DNA of 63,560 bases, the filler included, from Folioceros fuciformis (Eukaryota): assembly GCA_049999805.1 (NCBI GenBank). It is 6 parts of 6 records of this genome, joined end to end, with 100 filler letters (N's around TTAATTAATTAA, not from the genome) between each part and the next. Parts side by side here need not be neighbours in the genome. Positions count along the whole stretch, not along the records: positions 9,526 to 19,622 come from JBNGIO010004157.1; positions 19,723 to 32,072 come from JBNGIO010004158.1; 4 more parts are not named here. One strand, 5' to 3'. Within the stretch, counting starts at the first letter, position 1. Each line of letters opens with the position of its first letter. Both the position numbers and the translations under genes were made by a program. The notes under the pieces were generated by a model. The model was not told the origin of the DNA. It saw only the letters and a list, made by a program, of their open reading frames with translations, and searched no databases. This document shows, in pieces, positions 14,081 through 27,400 of this stretch.

Positions 14081-14150
14081 AAGAGGACGGGCGTCGATCC
14101 GCTCATTCTCGAATGGGAAGCAAGTGCTCTACCATTTGAGCTATGCTCAA
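14081..14150 (-). pseudogene. Degenerate tRNA-Ala-like sequence (pseudogene or tRNA-derived SINE head)
   Basis: Minus strand reads TTGAGCATAGCTCAAATGGTAGAGCACTTGCTTCCCATTCGAGAATGAGCGGATCGACGCCCGTCCTCTT: intact D-arm/A-box, Ala-like anticodon arm, degenerate B-box, broken acceptor and T stems. Confidence 0.7.
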
Positions 14151-14972
14151 TGGTAAAACATGTAACCAAATTTATTTTATGTACAAATAAACTTGGGTTT
14201 CGTCTTTTGTTTCCAGGATTGAGCATGGGACGACACTCAAATTTAAACTTCCCTCCGCAGCAGCAGGAGTTAGGATATGTGGATCACGCAATCTTTCTTC
14301 TTCAAAGCAGCTGGATTGGATGTGGGCACCAAGGGAAGGGTCTGAGAGGCACGCAGCGACGTCCCGCTTTACGGCGTTGATTGTGCGATCCTAATTTCCA
14401 GTCCCTGGTCGGATGGGTGATTGCAAGGCCTTGGTGGCGAGGTGAGTCTTGCGATCCAGAGTTGCGGCAGAAGCTGAGCTTAAATGAAGCATAGAGGTGA
14501 AGTGTCCACAGAAGGGCCAACGGCACAGGAAACTCCCTGCTCATTTGTCCTGTGAAAGGCAGGCAGGCAGGCAGGATGAGGAGCTGGAAGCCAGCAAGCA
14601 GTGAATGAAGGACCAGCCCGAAGTGAAGTCGATCATCCCGTGACGACGCCATGCAGCAGTGTGGCGTGACCTAATGGGGTTGGGATAGGCTTAGTTCGGT
14701 GCAGATCCTGGTGTTGCAGCCCTAATGATCCCGACGGGGGAGAAGATAGGAGAGGAGAGGAGAATGCGGTGGGCGTTCAAAAATTTTACCGTTTTATTTC
14801 ATGGTAGCAGGAATGAGGTTAGGTATGATGGGCGGTGAGGTGCCTTCGTGACGCCTTCCTGGCTTCGGCTTCGGCTCTGGCTCTGGCTTGCCGTCCTGTC
14901 TGCCTGCCTCGTGTGATGCGAGCTTGTTAGGGATGGGGTAGGTTTGAGGAGGAGAAAGAGGAGGAGGAAGCA

Positions 14973-17900
14973 ATGGCCAGCCTCGTCCCCAACCATGTGT
15001 TCGGCCTGAAGGGGACCCTGAAGGATTCGGTGCAGTTTGTGGACGACACCACCTACGTCTACGTCGCAGGGCACCATGTGGTGCTGGTGAACACAGAGCT
15101 GAAGCACCAGAAGGTGATATCAGGCAGCCCGGACACGGACGGGATCACGGCCATTGCGGTGAGCCCCAGCAAGAGGTATGTGGCAGTTGCAGAGAGGTGT
15201 CCGCTGTCGATGGTAGGAGTGCTGAGCCCGCGGGCCGGAGACCTGGGGCCCCGGGGCTCCGTGAGCGCCGAGCCCAGGGGGTCGCTGGTGGATGCCAGAG
15301 GCTCGCTTGTAGGGCAAGACGGCAAGCCCCTGGCGGCCGCCGCGGGGGACGGGAAGCCGGCCGTGCTGGACGTGAAGGGGCCCATCATCTCCATCTACGA
15401 GGCGGCCACGCTCAAGAAGCGCCGGGTTCTGGCTGGCAGCGAGGTGTTGCAGGGCACCAGGGAGTACTCTTCCATCTGCTTCAGCGCGGACGGGAAGACC
15501 ATCGCGGCCCAGGGCGGCCCGCCTGATTACCACCTGGTGGTATGGAGCTTGGAGAAGCTCAAGGTTCTGGCCTCCTGCAAGTCCTCCTCAGGAGCGGCCA
15601 GCATCGACCAGGTGGGTCTTCCCAACCCTTCCTCGCTGCTGCCACCGCAGGATTGCGTCGCCGCGCTTGCTTGAGGCCTGGAGACCGGAACTACAAGGCT
15701 CTCACCAACCCCGTCTCCTCTTTTGGCAGTTATTGTACTGCCCCGAGGATCCGTCTCACATCACGGTTGTGGGCAAAGAGTTTGCCAAGGCTTTTCGCTC
15801 CACCGACCTGTCGCTCAGGCAGATAGCGAATGCCTTGGCTAAACGCGATGGGCAAAGGTTTCCCTGCCATGTGTGGCTGTGCGAGCCCAGGGATCCTGAG
15901 GATGAAGAGGCCCCGGAAAAGAAAGAGGGCCAATTGTCTGGCTGCTTGTATTCCTGCGAGACCGGAGAGCTGCTCTACGTTGAAGGTGGGGAGGTACGTC
16001 TACCTTTGATCTACTCTACTTAACATCTTTACAAACAGAACTCGAGGTCACACCTTGCACGGCCAATCCTACCCACCTAAGTCTTCATCACGTCATCCTC
16101 ATCCTGATCATCGTCTAAACACCCCGATTCCACAAGATACTGGATCCTTCCCTGTAGTCACATTGCCATCTCCTTTTCTTCAAACGTACTTTGGCAACCA
16201 AAGAATCAGTAATTTTAAATCTCATAAAAGAAAAATGACAAAGATAGTGAAAGGATCTGAAATCGAGAACAAGTTGAGGGCTGTAGAGTCGGATCTGAAA
16301 TTTGAGTGGGAAACCTCGAAGTTTCCATAGCTTCGTAACATCTCCACATTCCCGAACATCCAAAATTCATCCTTCAATCAAATCTTAAATGACGCTTTAT
16401 TGTGGAGAAGGTACCTTGATGAGATGCAGCCTAAGTTTATATCCAAGTGTTCATGCTCTTCACAGATTGTGTGCACCATACCAACTGGTAGCAACAAAGA
16501 ACCTGGACAAGTGGTAGAGATCATTATCCTTTATTCCAAAGGTTTTTTATGTGGCGAGCAAGGAGGAAATGTTTCAATGTGGGAGAGAGTTGAGGAACCC
16601 GAGATGAAAGAAGGGTTTAGGAAGATCAAGTCATTCAAAGTGGATTCCACTAATGCAAAAATCTGCAGCATGGCAATCTCGCCTAATGAAGATATGCTCA
16701 TCTGTGCACTTGATAACAATCAACTCATCACAATACCCTTTCAAAATGAGTTTTTGTTCAAAGAAAACGAAGTTCCAAAAGACATTCTTGTTCAGGTACA
16801 TGGTCAAACTGGGTATTACTTTAGCTACCTCTATAGGATTATTTGTGTCTTACACATTAAACAGCATTGTAGAGTTAAACTATGTTGTCCTTTCTCTCAC
16901 AGCCCAGCCAGGATCTTTGCTCAAACCATTTGATCTTGTTTGCAGCCCTTCCATTTCCAAACAATAACAGGCATGGATGCTTGTTTGCGAAAACCAATAG
17001 TTGTAACATGCAGCACAGATAAAAGTATTCGCATCTGGAATTATGTTGAGAAGCGATGCGAGTTGTGCAAGTTCTTCCCTGAAGAAGCTTACTCCATATC
17101 GTTGCATCCAAGCGGTTGGTGTTTTGTGTCTCATAATTTTTATTATTGCTTAATAGAATGTGCTGATTAAGTATCATCTTTGAATTCGCCTCCTGATGTG
17201 GTCTCAGGTCTTCATATTCTTGTTGGGTTCTTTGACAAGCTAAGGTTAATGAATCTCCTAATTGATGACATAAAAATGGTTCGCGAACTAAGCATCAAAG
17301 CTTGCCATGAATCAACTTTTAGCAATGGTGGGCAGTATTTTGCGGCAGTAAATAGCAATGCTATCCAGATATTTTCTACATACTCATGTGAGAATATTGG
17401 AAACTTGCGAGGCCATGGTGGCAAGGTACATTACTCTACTCTTTTGAGTAAGAAAACTTAGCATGTTGTTTAGCAAACGATGCACGATATCTTGTACTTA
17501 TGCGGCATTTAATTAATACTCACTTTGAAATTATTAGTATTATTGAGTCAAAATGATAATATTTTCAGGTTCGTACTATTTGGTGGTCAGCAGATGATTC
17601 TACAATGGTGACAGCTGGTGTAGATGGAGCAATATATGAATGGAGAGTGAAGGACTATAAAAGGATACGAGAGAATGTGATTAAAGGAACTGTGTATACA
17701 GGAGTAGTCGGCCTAGTTGACTGCAAGTCATTTTTCGCTGTCGGATCTGATAGGAAGCTGAAGGAAGTTGACGAAAATCAAGTTCTTAAGGTACAACACC
17801 CTTGATTAAACCCCAACATGAATCTTGCAATGATGAATATTCGTTCTTTATGACTTTTGTCACGTCCTCACAGGAATACAATAGCAACATTTTATTGATG

Positions 17901-19622
17901 CAAATTGCTCTGCCCAATGCAAGTCGGCTACTGTTTGCGGGAACGCAATTAGGTGGTGTCCGTGCTTATAGATATCCACTAACAGGCACGTTGGTACGCC
18001 ATTTACTCTTCCACATGTATCATCCATATCGTTTCAACAAAATGAATTAGCGCCAATTCTGGTTGATGTTTGTTTTGATTCTGTTCTTGCATGACGAATG
18101 TCTTGATATGAAATCTCATTAAACAAATTTGCGTGCATGTTCAGGAGAATTCCAAGAAGTGCAAGCTAGCACGGGGGCAATAACAAGATTATGTGTTTGT
18201 TGCAATGACACTCTTTTACTCACAGCCGGAGAGGATGGAGTTTTAACAGTTTATGACATTAGAGATAAGGAAAGGGCATTAGCGGCGAGTATTTTGCGAC
18301 GAGAAAAGGATTCTATAAATTGGGCTGACGAAGTATTGGTGCCAAAATCTGACTTAGAAGAGATTAAAGGGCATGTTCAAGAGCTTGAACAAATGGTAAG
18401 TACCCAACATTATGTTCATCTCTAATTGTATACGTAGTGATCCAAATCGTGGTACTTGAGCTAACTTGAGAACTATCAGGTGAAAGAACTTCAAAATCAG
18501 AATGAATATCAATTGCGCCTAAAGGACATTACATCGCATGAGCAAATCAAGGACCTCACGGAAATTTTTGAAAAGCAATTGAATGATGCAAACGAACGTT
18601 ACGAGAAATTTGTGTTACAAAAAAATGAAGAGGTTATGATCTGTTTATTATTGCAAAGAGTTGCAAACTTAATTGTTGCTATATAGTTATCAAACCTAGT
18701 CTAATATTTTGACATGATTTTAGGGTTTAGAAGTGGAGGACAAACAAGTAAAGCTTGAGGAGAGACATTTGAAGCATATTGCTGAATTAGAAGATCTGTT
18801 TCAACAAAAGATGCTTATTGAAGTTGAGAGGTACAAGACTTTGCTTTTCTTCTAGTAAATATTTTGAATACATATATTTTGTTACTGAACTTAACATGTT
18901 TTTTAGTACAAATTATTGTCAGATACGCAGGATTAAGTCTCGAGAAACAACTTCAGAATGAACAATGGCAAGAGCAACACTTGGGGGTTGTAGAGCAGCA
19001 CGAGAAAGTGCTTCAGGTTTGTGTCCAAATGTTCCGAAGATATCGCTAAAAGACTTCGTTTTCCCTAAATAAAGCTTAAGATAATACACGACAGGATCTA
19101 ACAGAGGATTACGAAGCAAAACTACAAGTCGAACAAGCTTTCATCCAACAACTTCAAATAGAATTAGAGCAAATTAAAGCAGATTTTGCTGAAATAAAAC
19201 GACAAACTGAAGAAGATACGGATCTTGAGATTGAAGACTTGAAAGAAAAGTATGAAACTATTACACGAAGCTATTCATTTTTGTGAAATTTAGAGCTAGA
19301 TAAACTCCATTTCTAACAATGTATGCCTCTATAGGTATGAATCGATTATCATGGCTGAGAAGGAAGCACAGTTACGATTAAAAGGAGAAAATAGTATAAT
19401 GAAGAAAAAGTTTAATGAGTTTTTAAAGGATATCGAAGAGCAAAAGAATGAGATAAGAGCCTTATTCGAACAAAAGAAGGAGTTGTATCAAACAATTGCT
19501 GCATTTGAACGAGATATACAGTACGAATGTCGTCCTTTATTTATTTATGTATTTATGTATAAAATTTGATAATAATTTATCGTTCAATGATACTGCTCGC
19601 CTACAGACAATTGAAGAGAGAT
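14973..19622 (+). CDS. CFAP57: Cilia- and flagella-associated protein 57 (WD40 + coiled coil), multi-exon, 3'-truncated at scaffold end
   Basis: N-terminal HVFGLKG...[96 protein letters not shown]. Exons 14973-15611, 15731-15993, 16466-16795, 16946-17114, 17208-17425, 17569-17790, 17874-17985, 18145-18395 and further exons join in frame. Confidence 0.93.
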
Positions 19623-19722
19623 NNNNNNNNNNNNNNNNNNNNNNNNNNNNNNNNNNNNNNNNNNNNTTAATTAATTAANNNNNNNNNNNNNNNNNNNNNN
19701 NNNNNNNNNNNNNNNNNNNNNN
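19623..19722. other. Artificial scaffold linker
   Basis: 44N-TTAATTAATTAA-44N. Confidence 0.97.
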
Positions 19723-20224
19723 AAGGGAGAAAGGAAGGGAGGGGGAAAAGGGATGGAGGCGGCCGCAACCCCTTCCTCTAGCTCAAGCTAGGGCATGGCC
19801 TCCACAACCATTCATGCCAGCCAAGCAATCAGCCAGCCTATCGTCAGACCCTGACCCCTGACACTGACACACCCAGATACCCCTTCCTATGTTCAAACCA
19901 TTATTATATTATTTTATATTATTATATTATTATTTAATCATTTAATATTATATCTTTAAATAATATTAAACTAATCACCCAACCCTATGGCCCGGTACCG
20001 AACTTAAACCTTCCCAGGTCTGGGACCAAACCTATACCCACTCTTATAACCAAACCAACTATTTCCTGGTCAATTAACTTAATTAGCACAAAGAAAAATA
20101 GGAAAAATGACCAGAAAATCAAGGAAAATTAGGAAAAATAAGTTGAAAAAGAAAACCAAACCATACCACTATTAACCCTTTTTCAACCAAAACAAACTAC
20201 TACCCCAAACTTTGGAGGTTCACA
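19723..20224. mobile_element. LTR terminus (partial), same family as 1-382; truncates the adjacent transposase
   Basis: Near-identical to 1-382, ending ...GGAGGTTCACA. Confidence 0.7.
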
Positions 20225-22850
20225 GCTTACCTCACAGAATAGTCACTAACGTTCCCCCGCGTCGTACCTTCCTTGTAATTTTGAACTGATGCTGATAACT
20301 ATGATTGTGGAGGTTGCAGACGGTAGCATCATTTCGACCACGCTTGCCCATCCCATTCGGACACACAAATTGTCTGAAATCTACAACTTCCGTCATGATT
20401 TTCACCTCTGGGTTGGGCATATCAGCTTGGCTGATCAACTGCAGCATCGTATCCAACGATAGAGCCTTCTTGTGCTTCAAAACCTTGGAGAAACAAGAGA
20501 ACATTTGATCTATGGCATCATGAGTATGTACGACGAGCAAAAACCCAATCTTCACCTTATCAAAGACCTATTTCTCCACAAGCATAGAGAGGTATGCAAA
20601 CAATAGCATTTTCTTATTCTCGCGTGCCATATTGTCGAGTTGTAGGTAAAACGTCTTGGGCAAGTCCCCATCGTAATTAGAAATGACATCTTGTATGATG
20701 TGGATAGTCAAGTTCGCATCGTTCCGGATATTTGGAAAGTTCAGATACACCTTCATCTACATGCTTGTATAGTAGACAAGATAGCGAACTACATGAACGC
20801 GGATGAGCCCCTCAACAAAATCCTTTGGGAGACCTAGAAAATGAGGCAGCTCAATCTTGCTTTGATCCATTCCATCGATTGCCATCCCCAAATATTGGCT
20901 ACGCCGGGCTTGACGTTTCTGTCGATGCTTTGTAAGCTTTTCTTGCTCTACCTTGATCTGCTCCCGATGGACTCATAGCTTTCCTTCTAGAGCTTCTGTT
21001 GAGGCACATAGGAAACGACGTTAGAACTATTCATCGTGAAGCACCATTCCCAAAACCCTAACCCCGAGGGAATCCGATGAAGCCCCCAATTCATGAGTTT
21101 GTTTCCTAGTAAGTCCAACCACTAGTGATACGAAGACCAATGCCACTTTCTCAGTTCCTTCAAGGAGAGCCCTCCTCCACCTCGTGCACAGGGTTGGCAC
21201 GGACTTGGGCGCCACCCCCTTGGTGGCGCGCCACCAAGGGGGATGGCATGTCCTAGTGCGCGCCACCAGGGGGGGTGGCGTGTCCCAGTGCGCGCCACCA
21301 GGGGGGTGACATGTCCTAGTGCGCGCCACTAGGGGGGTGGCGTGTCCTAGTGCGCGCCACTAGGAGGGTGGCTTGCCCAAAGAAGGGCGACAGCCAGGGT
21401 GGCGTGCCTTGGTGCACGCCACCCCTGTCATGCTGTTGGCAGGAGCCAAGTGGCACGTACTTGGGTGCGCCAACTCGGCGTCGGCACGCCCAAGTCTTCG
21501 CCAACCTGATCCTAGGCGCAAGCATGGCCCTGACCAAGATGTGGTCGACGTATCCAAGAAGGCAGGCAAGGATTGTAGCCAGACTTGGGTGCGCCAACCA
21601 TGTGACCTCAGGTAGTATTGTCGCGCCTGGGCCTGCTTGTCAAATCCGTTCCTACAATCACTAGGTTACATTACTCAAAGAAGATCGACAGCCTTGACAT
21701 ACCTTGTTGAAGGCGATTAGTTGTATTCTCAATAGTTTTCTTTAGTGTTTCACAATCAACGCACTTGGAGAATTGAGTACTCTTTGGTATTTTCACTTTA
21801 GGGAAGTATGTTTTCCAAAGAGCACATAAATGTGAATGTGAAAAGTTGGTTTGTCCAGTACTGCAAACCTCGCGCTTGTATTATTGGAAACTTTCTTCGT
21901 TTGTATATGAATCAGGTAGATGGAAGACCGATGCATTTGGCAGTCTCTCCGACGTGAGCTTGAAGAAATGATCCATCCATGACAAGCACTCTAGCACATG
22001 GTTTTCTTTTGAGCGACACCTTCTATTCACTTCGGACGACCATGGCGCATTGCGGAGGATGCGGTTCTTCAAAGCTTAGTACCTCTCTGATCCAATGCAA
22101 AATGCCTTCCTAAAGCTTTTCATACAACATGTGACTTTTTCTTCTCCAATGAGACAAAGTGACATCGTTGGCAATCGTCCCACCCTAGTCTTTGCCTCCA
22201 AGAGCCCTCCCAGATATAGTTCTTGCTACTCTCTTGCAAATGTTAGAAATCGGTATCTCAATTGCTTGATATATTTCTTCCCAATCTCCAACAAGCATCC
22301 ATGGCTGCAATAGTGGGATTCCCAAGTCTGCTAAATCAGGCATTGAACACAAAGCTTCTTTGCTTAGAGATGGCGGTTAGGGACATATTCTCTTCTTCTT
22401 CGAGGACTTGGATCCTTGAGGCTATTCATCGGTCTGCTTTCTTTGAGCAGGTTTCCTTGCACGCCTCCATCCGGTTCACCTCTTCCTCTCCACCAGACTC
22501 TACCTTCACTCTCTACCTGATGCATGTCACTCTCAAATTATCGCCGTTGACATGGTTGTCCAGGATCATCGCCTTCGGAATCATAGATGTTCCAATCCTT
22601 GCTTTGATATGAGCTTGAACCTCCTCAGGGTGGATGGGCTACATCCGTGTCCGTGGCGCACAATGGCGTAGTGTCCACGACTTTTGCCTTTGAGAAGTCG
22701 GCCTGCTCTGGTGTTGTGCTCACCAAGCTTCGGCTCAATTTGCTAGCAATGAAACCAAGACCTCTCAGGAGACCCAGATATCCTCGGATTCTTCGTCTCC
22801 CAGCGCCATTCACCCGCGCTAGCCCGCTGGCCCTCGGTGTCTCCATGCTC
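20225..22850 (-). mobile_element. DUF7869-type (Sola-like) putative DD(E/D) transposase pseudogene with one intron (20996-21702)
   Basis: Ordered motifs WMDHFF...LPN...HLP, LWKTYFPKVKIPK...FSKCVDC, AIDGMDQSKIELPHF, YLQLDNMARENK, FLLVVHTHDAIDQMFS. Stops and frameshifts are present. No terminal repeats identified. Confidence 0.75.
21222..21372. repeat. GC-rich minisatellite (~31-bp unit, ~5 copies) inside an LTR-like insert (~21030-21670)
   Basis: Repeated GTCCTAGTGCGCGCCACCAGGGGGGTGGC. The host insert begins TGTAACCTAG on the minus strand at 21670. Confidence 0.8.
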
Positions 22851-24444
22851 GCAAATCCCAGCCTACCTCTGCCTTTACCAATTTGGAGTGTGAGGGAGGA
22901 TGGACAATAACAAGCAGAGGAACACGAGTTGCCGTATGGTCGTCATTAGCACAGAGTTTGAAACGGTCATCATTGCCGATTCAATTGATGGTAGTATTAT
23001 GATGTTTATTAAAAGTGCGCTCTACTTAATATGTGGGAACCGTTAACATAAGTTGCAATCGCTTGCCATATTTGGTTAACTATAGTTGCTGCCACAAACC
23101 TATGGTTAGACAACCCCAGTTAGGCCACATGCCATGTTTGGGTAACAATGATAGTGGGACCCCTAAACGCAAGTTTAAGGCGCGCACCTTCTCGACTTGA
23201 AGCACACACAAGAAACCACAAACCGGCTACGTCTCCTCACAACAAACGTGAGCTGACCTGTCACTTGGATCGAAGCCTATTCTGAGCATGATGTAATTTA
23301 TACGGACGCTACGAAACGCCGCCCAACAATTGATAACGCTAGTAACTATTCCTATAAAGGAAAACTAGCCATTGAAACGGAAAGGATAGGTTCAAGTTCA
23401 TTTAGCCGCGTACAAAAGTATAATATCCTTTCTTCCGCCTTGGCACCCGCCCTGACTGAGGGCTGGTTTAGCCGTGAAACGCGTATTGATCGAAGTTGCT
23501 TTGCCGATACATCGCGTGAGCTTAAAGCCGGAACGTACAAATTAAAGCCCGCTTGGGTGTCAATTCTAAGTAAAAATCCTTAGTTTCAATTCCAACGAGA
23601 TTCGACAACTGATTACTATTCCCTGGAAGAGACGCCATACTCAGATTGTTCTCTTTTCTCCCGGAACCGCTGTCTCGAACAGCGGGTTTACCGAGTTCCG
23701 TGCGATGTACCTTGGCGTACGGACCACCTTGTATTGTATTGCTCCCCCTGTAATGGCTTGAGAATTCTCATTAACCGATATCTGATAGCTATACGATTCT
23801 TCCTTTTCTTACTGCTTTTAATCCTGTTTGCATGGGTTCGTGTAGTCACATTCATAACTGCGACTGAGCTTGGTAATGCCGGTGGGGGGCAAGCGAGCGA
23901 ATGAAGACTCGCTGCTTCGGTGAAATATAAGGCTGAAGGTAATTTTTCAGCCCAAGGCAGATGCACCATGTACGCAAGTTGGCGTGGCCGTTGCTTGGGC
24001 TGTTATACCGTGCGCCGTGCTCTGGCCTGGAGCGACCTCAGAGAAACTGAAACACTCGTACCCGTCTCTTGTAGGAGTAGACACAGTTTTGGGCGTGCCA
24101 CCAACCAAGGCTGGTAGATGCTTTAGGAGACCGGCTGCTTTCTTTCAAGTGCTTGGGCTGGGGCATGCAAGCTACCTGTTTGGAATATCTATGCAAGGGG
24201 ACATGATTAAAGACCGGTGGCTGGTGACTACCCAGGATGAGGAAGGATCCACTACAGAAGAATTGTGAGCAGGAGAACCAAGCACGGGACTTGCAGGTTG
24301 TCAGATGCTTCACGGACGAGAGCGCCCTTGTCTAAATCAACCTACGAGGGTGGGGGCAACACGGTCGGATTGCTAGTTTCAGCGCAGATTCATTGCCCTG
24401 GATCTGACCTCCGAGTCCGCGATGTGTGTCGATCTGTTCCTGCA

Positions 24445-27400
24445 AATTGTGTGTTAGATCAAGGACATGGAGTACATCCTTGATGTAAGCAACATGATTT
24501 TGAAGGTGCAATTTTACCACGCCTTTACCGACAGCCATATGTGGAGAGTTATCTCCCATGTAGACAGGTTGGTGAGCGGGTAACTTAGTGTACTCGTGGA
24601 ACCAATCTCTCCTCGGTGTCATGTGCTCTATGGCTCCACTATCAAGTAACCAAATATCTTGAGAGGGCTTGGTAGAATCAACTTCAAAACTAGCAACAGA
24701 GAAGATGTAGGAAGGTCCTTGGGCAGCTTGAGCAGTGTTAACTGAAGCTTGTGCTGGTACAGGGTTTGTAATCCCGGCAGCTTTGTCCCGTTTCTTCTTC
24801 CTACATTCAGGTGCTATGTGTCCCTGTTTCTGGCAGTAGTCACAAGTTTTGTTCTTATTTGTAGGGTTATTGGGAAAAAGAGGGATCCGTGGGATCCTCC
24901 AAGATTGAAGGAGGAAGGTTTGGTCTTCCAGCGTTTTGGGTTTCTATTTCCAACAAATAAAGCAGAGGTACTCGCAGGAGTACTTGCAGATAAGTGAGAT
25001 TGTCTCAATCTAGCCTCATGTATAATTCTAGGAATGAGGGTTGCGACTGTGAGAAGATTAGATGGTGTGACACTATTAGATTGTGCAGAAATGAAAGGGC
25101 CCCATGATGGAGGTAATGCCCTTAACAGGTGCATGACCTGGGTCTCATCATCCAAGGTGAGACCTAAGGAAATGAGTGAGTCTAATGATGTTTGCCACAC
25201 TTCTAAAAAAGTCCAACACTGAGTGTCTTTCTTCTAGTTTGATAGAAAGCAATTGATCTTGAGCATATAGCCTAAATGCCATGTTGCCTTCTAGGTATGT
25301 AGCCTTAAGTTTATCCCACATATCTTTGGCTGTGGTTAGCCTCTTAATTAGAGAGATGAGCCTATCACTTACATGCAGCAAGATATCTGAACGTGCTTGT
25401 GCATCTTTGAAAAGCCATGCCGGAAGATCAGCATGGGTTGTTGTAGGTTTTGGTTTAGTGCCTAACACTACAGACCATGTGGAACTTCTTAAAAGGATCA
25501 TCTTTATTTGTGTTGACCAAGTATGGTAGTTGACGCTAGTCAATTTATCTATTTGATATGCCAAAGTAGCAGGTATGTTACTAGAAGTAGCCATTAAGTC
25601 AAGCTATCTAGCTCTACAGCGTATTTAAATAACGGGGGTTTACTGGTTCTTTTTATTGCCAGTAATTGCTACCGAGGAACAAATCTGATCTAAAATGGCG
25701 AAAATATCATATTGTCTCTTGTCAATATCATGTAGATAGGTTCTCAAATCAGAGAAGTGAGAGATGTAAGCACAATCTCTGGTTTGACCAAAGGTCATTG
25801 ATTGTCTGATTAATGTGTGTGTGGTCTTTTGATGCAGGAGACTGATCTCACTATCTGTATGGACTGGTAGTGAGATATTTCTACTAGTACGAGAATCATG
25901 TTTTGTTTTCTGAAAGTGAGAAGGAGTAATTATGTTCATAACAATGAGCACATCGTGGGCAGAATCTGTCCATACTATGAATTAGATTCTGCCTAGCATT
26001 ATGAGTCTAAGCATGTTGTTAAATTTTTGCTATGATACCATGCTATGAAAACATAGAGGGATGTGGAGGTGAAAACTCATGAGGATTTCAGAGAGTGATG
26101 ATTGAGTCTGAGAAGGCATTAAGAATGCCTCCACATGAAACGGTGTGTCTGTTCGGATCGGTGTCTTATGAGTGTCTATTCAGATTAATACGGCTTCATC
26201 AGAAGAAACCACTTTCACCAGGCCCCTCGATTCGTAGCAACTACCCTTGCTGGCCTGTCTCCGCACCATGGCGCACCACGATTTTGCAGTCTCCCGCCAC
26301 GTTGGCCGTCGGCGTGCTCCCGTGCTGCTGTCCAGACCGTAAGGCGCCCTGCCTGATTGACCTCACAGCCGTCCTGGTCCCTCCGCGGCTTGCTGCCCAG
26401 CCGCCGTGCCATGGGGCTAAGGCGTTGTTCCGCCTCCCCGTACTCTCCTATCCACACTGTAGCCTGGCCTTGAATGCAGCAGGGGATCGCGTCGGGGAGA
26501 AACCCATCCCTGCTGGATTGCTCACTCCGCCATAGCCGTTGCCAGCGGCGGTAGCGATCACAATCTGCCGTGCTGCTGTGCAAGGAGTCATTGCTGTTAA
26601 GAACCATCCCCGGATCAGCAGCGCGCTCTGATCCGTGACCCAGAGATCCTGGGGCGACTTCGAGTCCAATACTGAGCCCGATTACTCGTGCCTTACCGTC
26701 TTCAAGCTCGTTTTCGCTGGAAGGTCTCCGTGATGATGATGACGACCATAAGGCACGTTCGGATTCACAGCCGTAGCTGAATTCACAGGGCTCCGGCCGC
26801 CTTCTGGATAATGTCCAGCTCGTCCTGGGGATGTTTGAGAGTTCATGAGCAGGGTCTGCTCCTCACCACTACCTTGAAAACGCCACCAGTGAGCGCCGTC
26901 GTCGAACTCCGAAACTCCAACCGGACCAAAGCATTCCTGCGCTCTGGGGTCCGGCTTCGCGACCAGACTAGCTCAGCCTCATCACGGCAATCCTGCCTCT
27001 TGCTCTGGACCCGTACCCGAAGTCGACCATCACGGAATCGAGTCCTTGGCCTGAAGTGTCGCCGTGCCCCCACCGAGTCCCTTACCCGGGCTCTGCAATC
27101 CTCAGCCATCTGGAAGCAACATCGGCTACCCTCATCCTTGTCTCAAGTCCGCCCATGACAACTCATACCTGCGTAAGCCAGTCCAGCAGTTCTGCAGGTG
27201 CTCGTGATCGCATTTCTGCAGGTTCAGTGAGCCGTGCATCCCAGAAATGGCTCCAGCCAAAGAGAGGTATATGAATCCCCCGGCCGTGAAGGCGAGAACT
27301 CCGAGAGCCGCTACCAGCGTTCCTCCCGACGAGGTACCAGTCGATGGAGAAGAGTCCTTCAAGGACGCGGGCGCTGACTCCAAGTCCGCCATTTTCTCAA

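Noticed and set aside
21222..21372. Regular short repeats here and at 29121, 37121 and 57157 considered as CRISPR-like arrays
   Set aside because: Head-to-tail units without unique spacers, eukaryotic context and no cas genes.
24100..24445. Weak resemblance to copia RT (LGHASYLFGI, VGLL)
   Set aside because: Too degenerate to support without a profile search.
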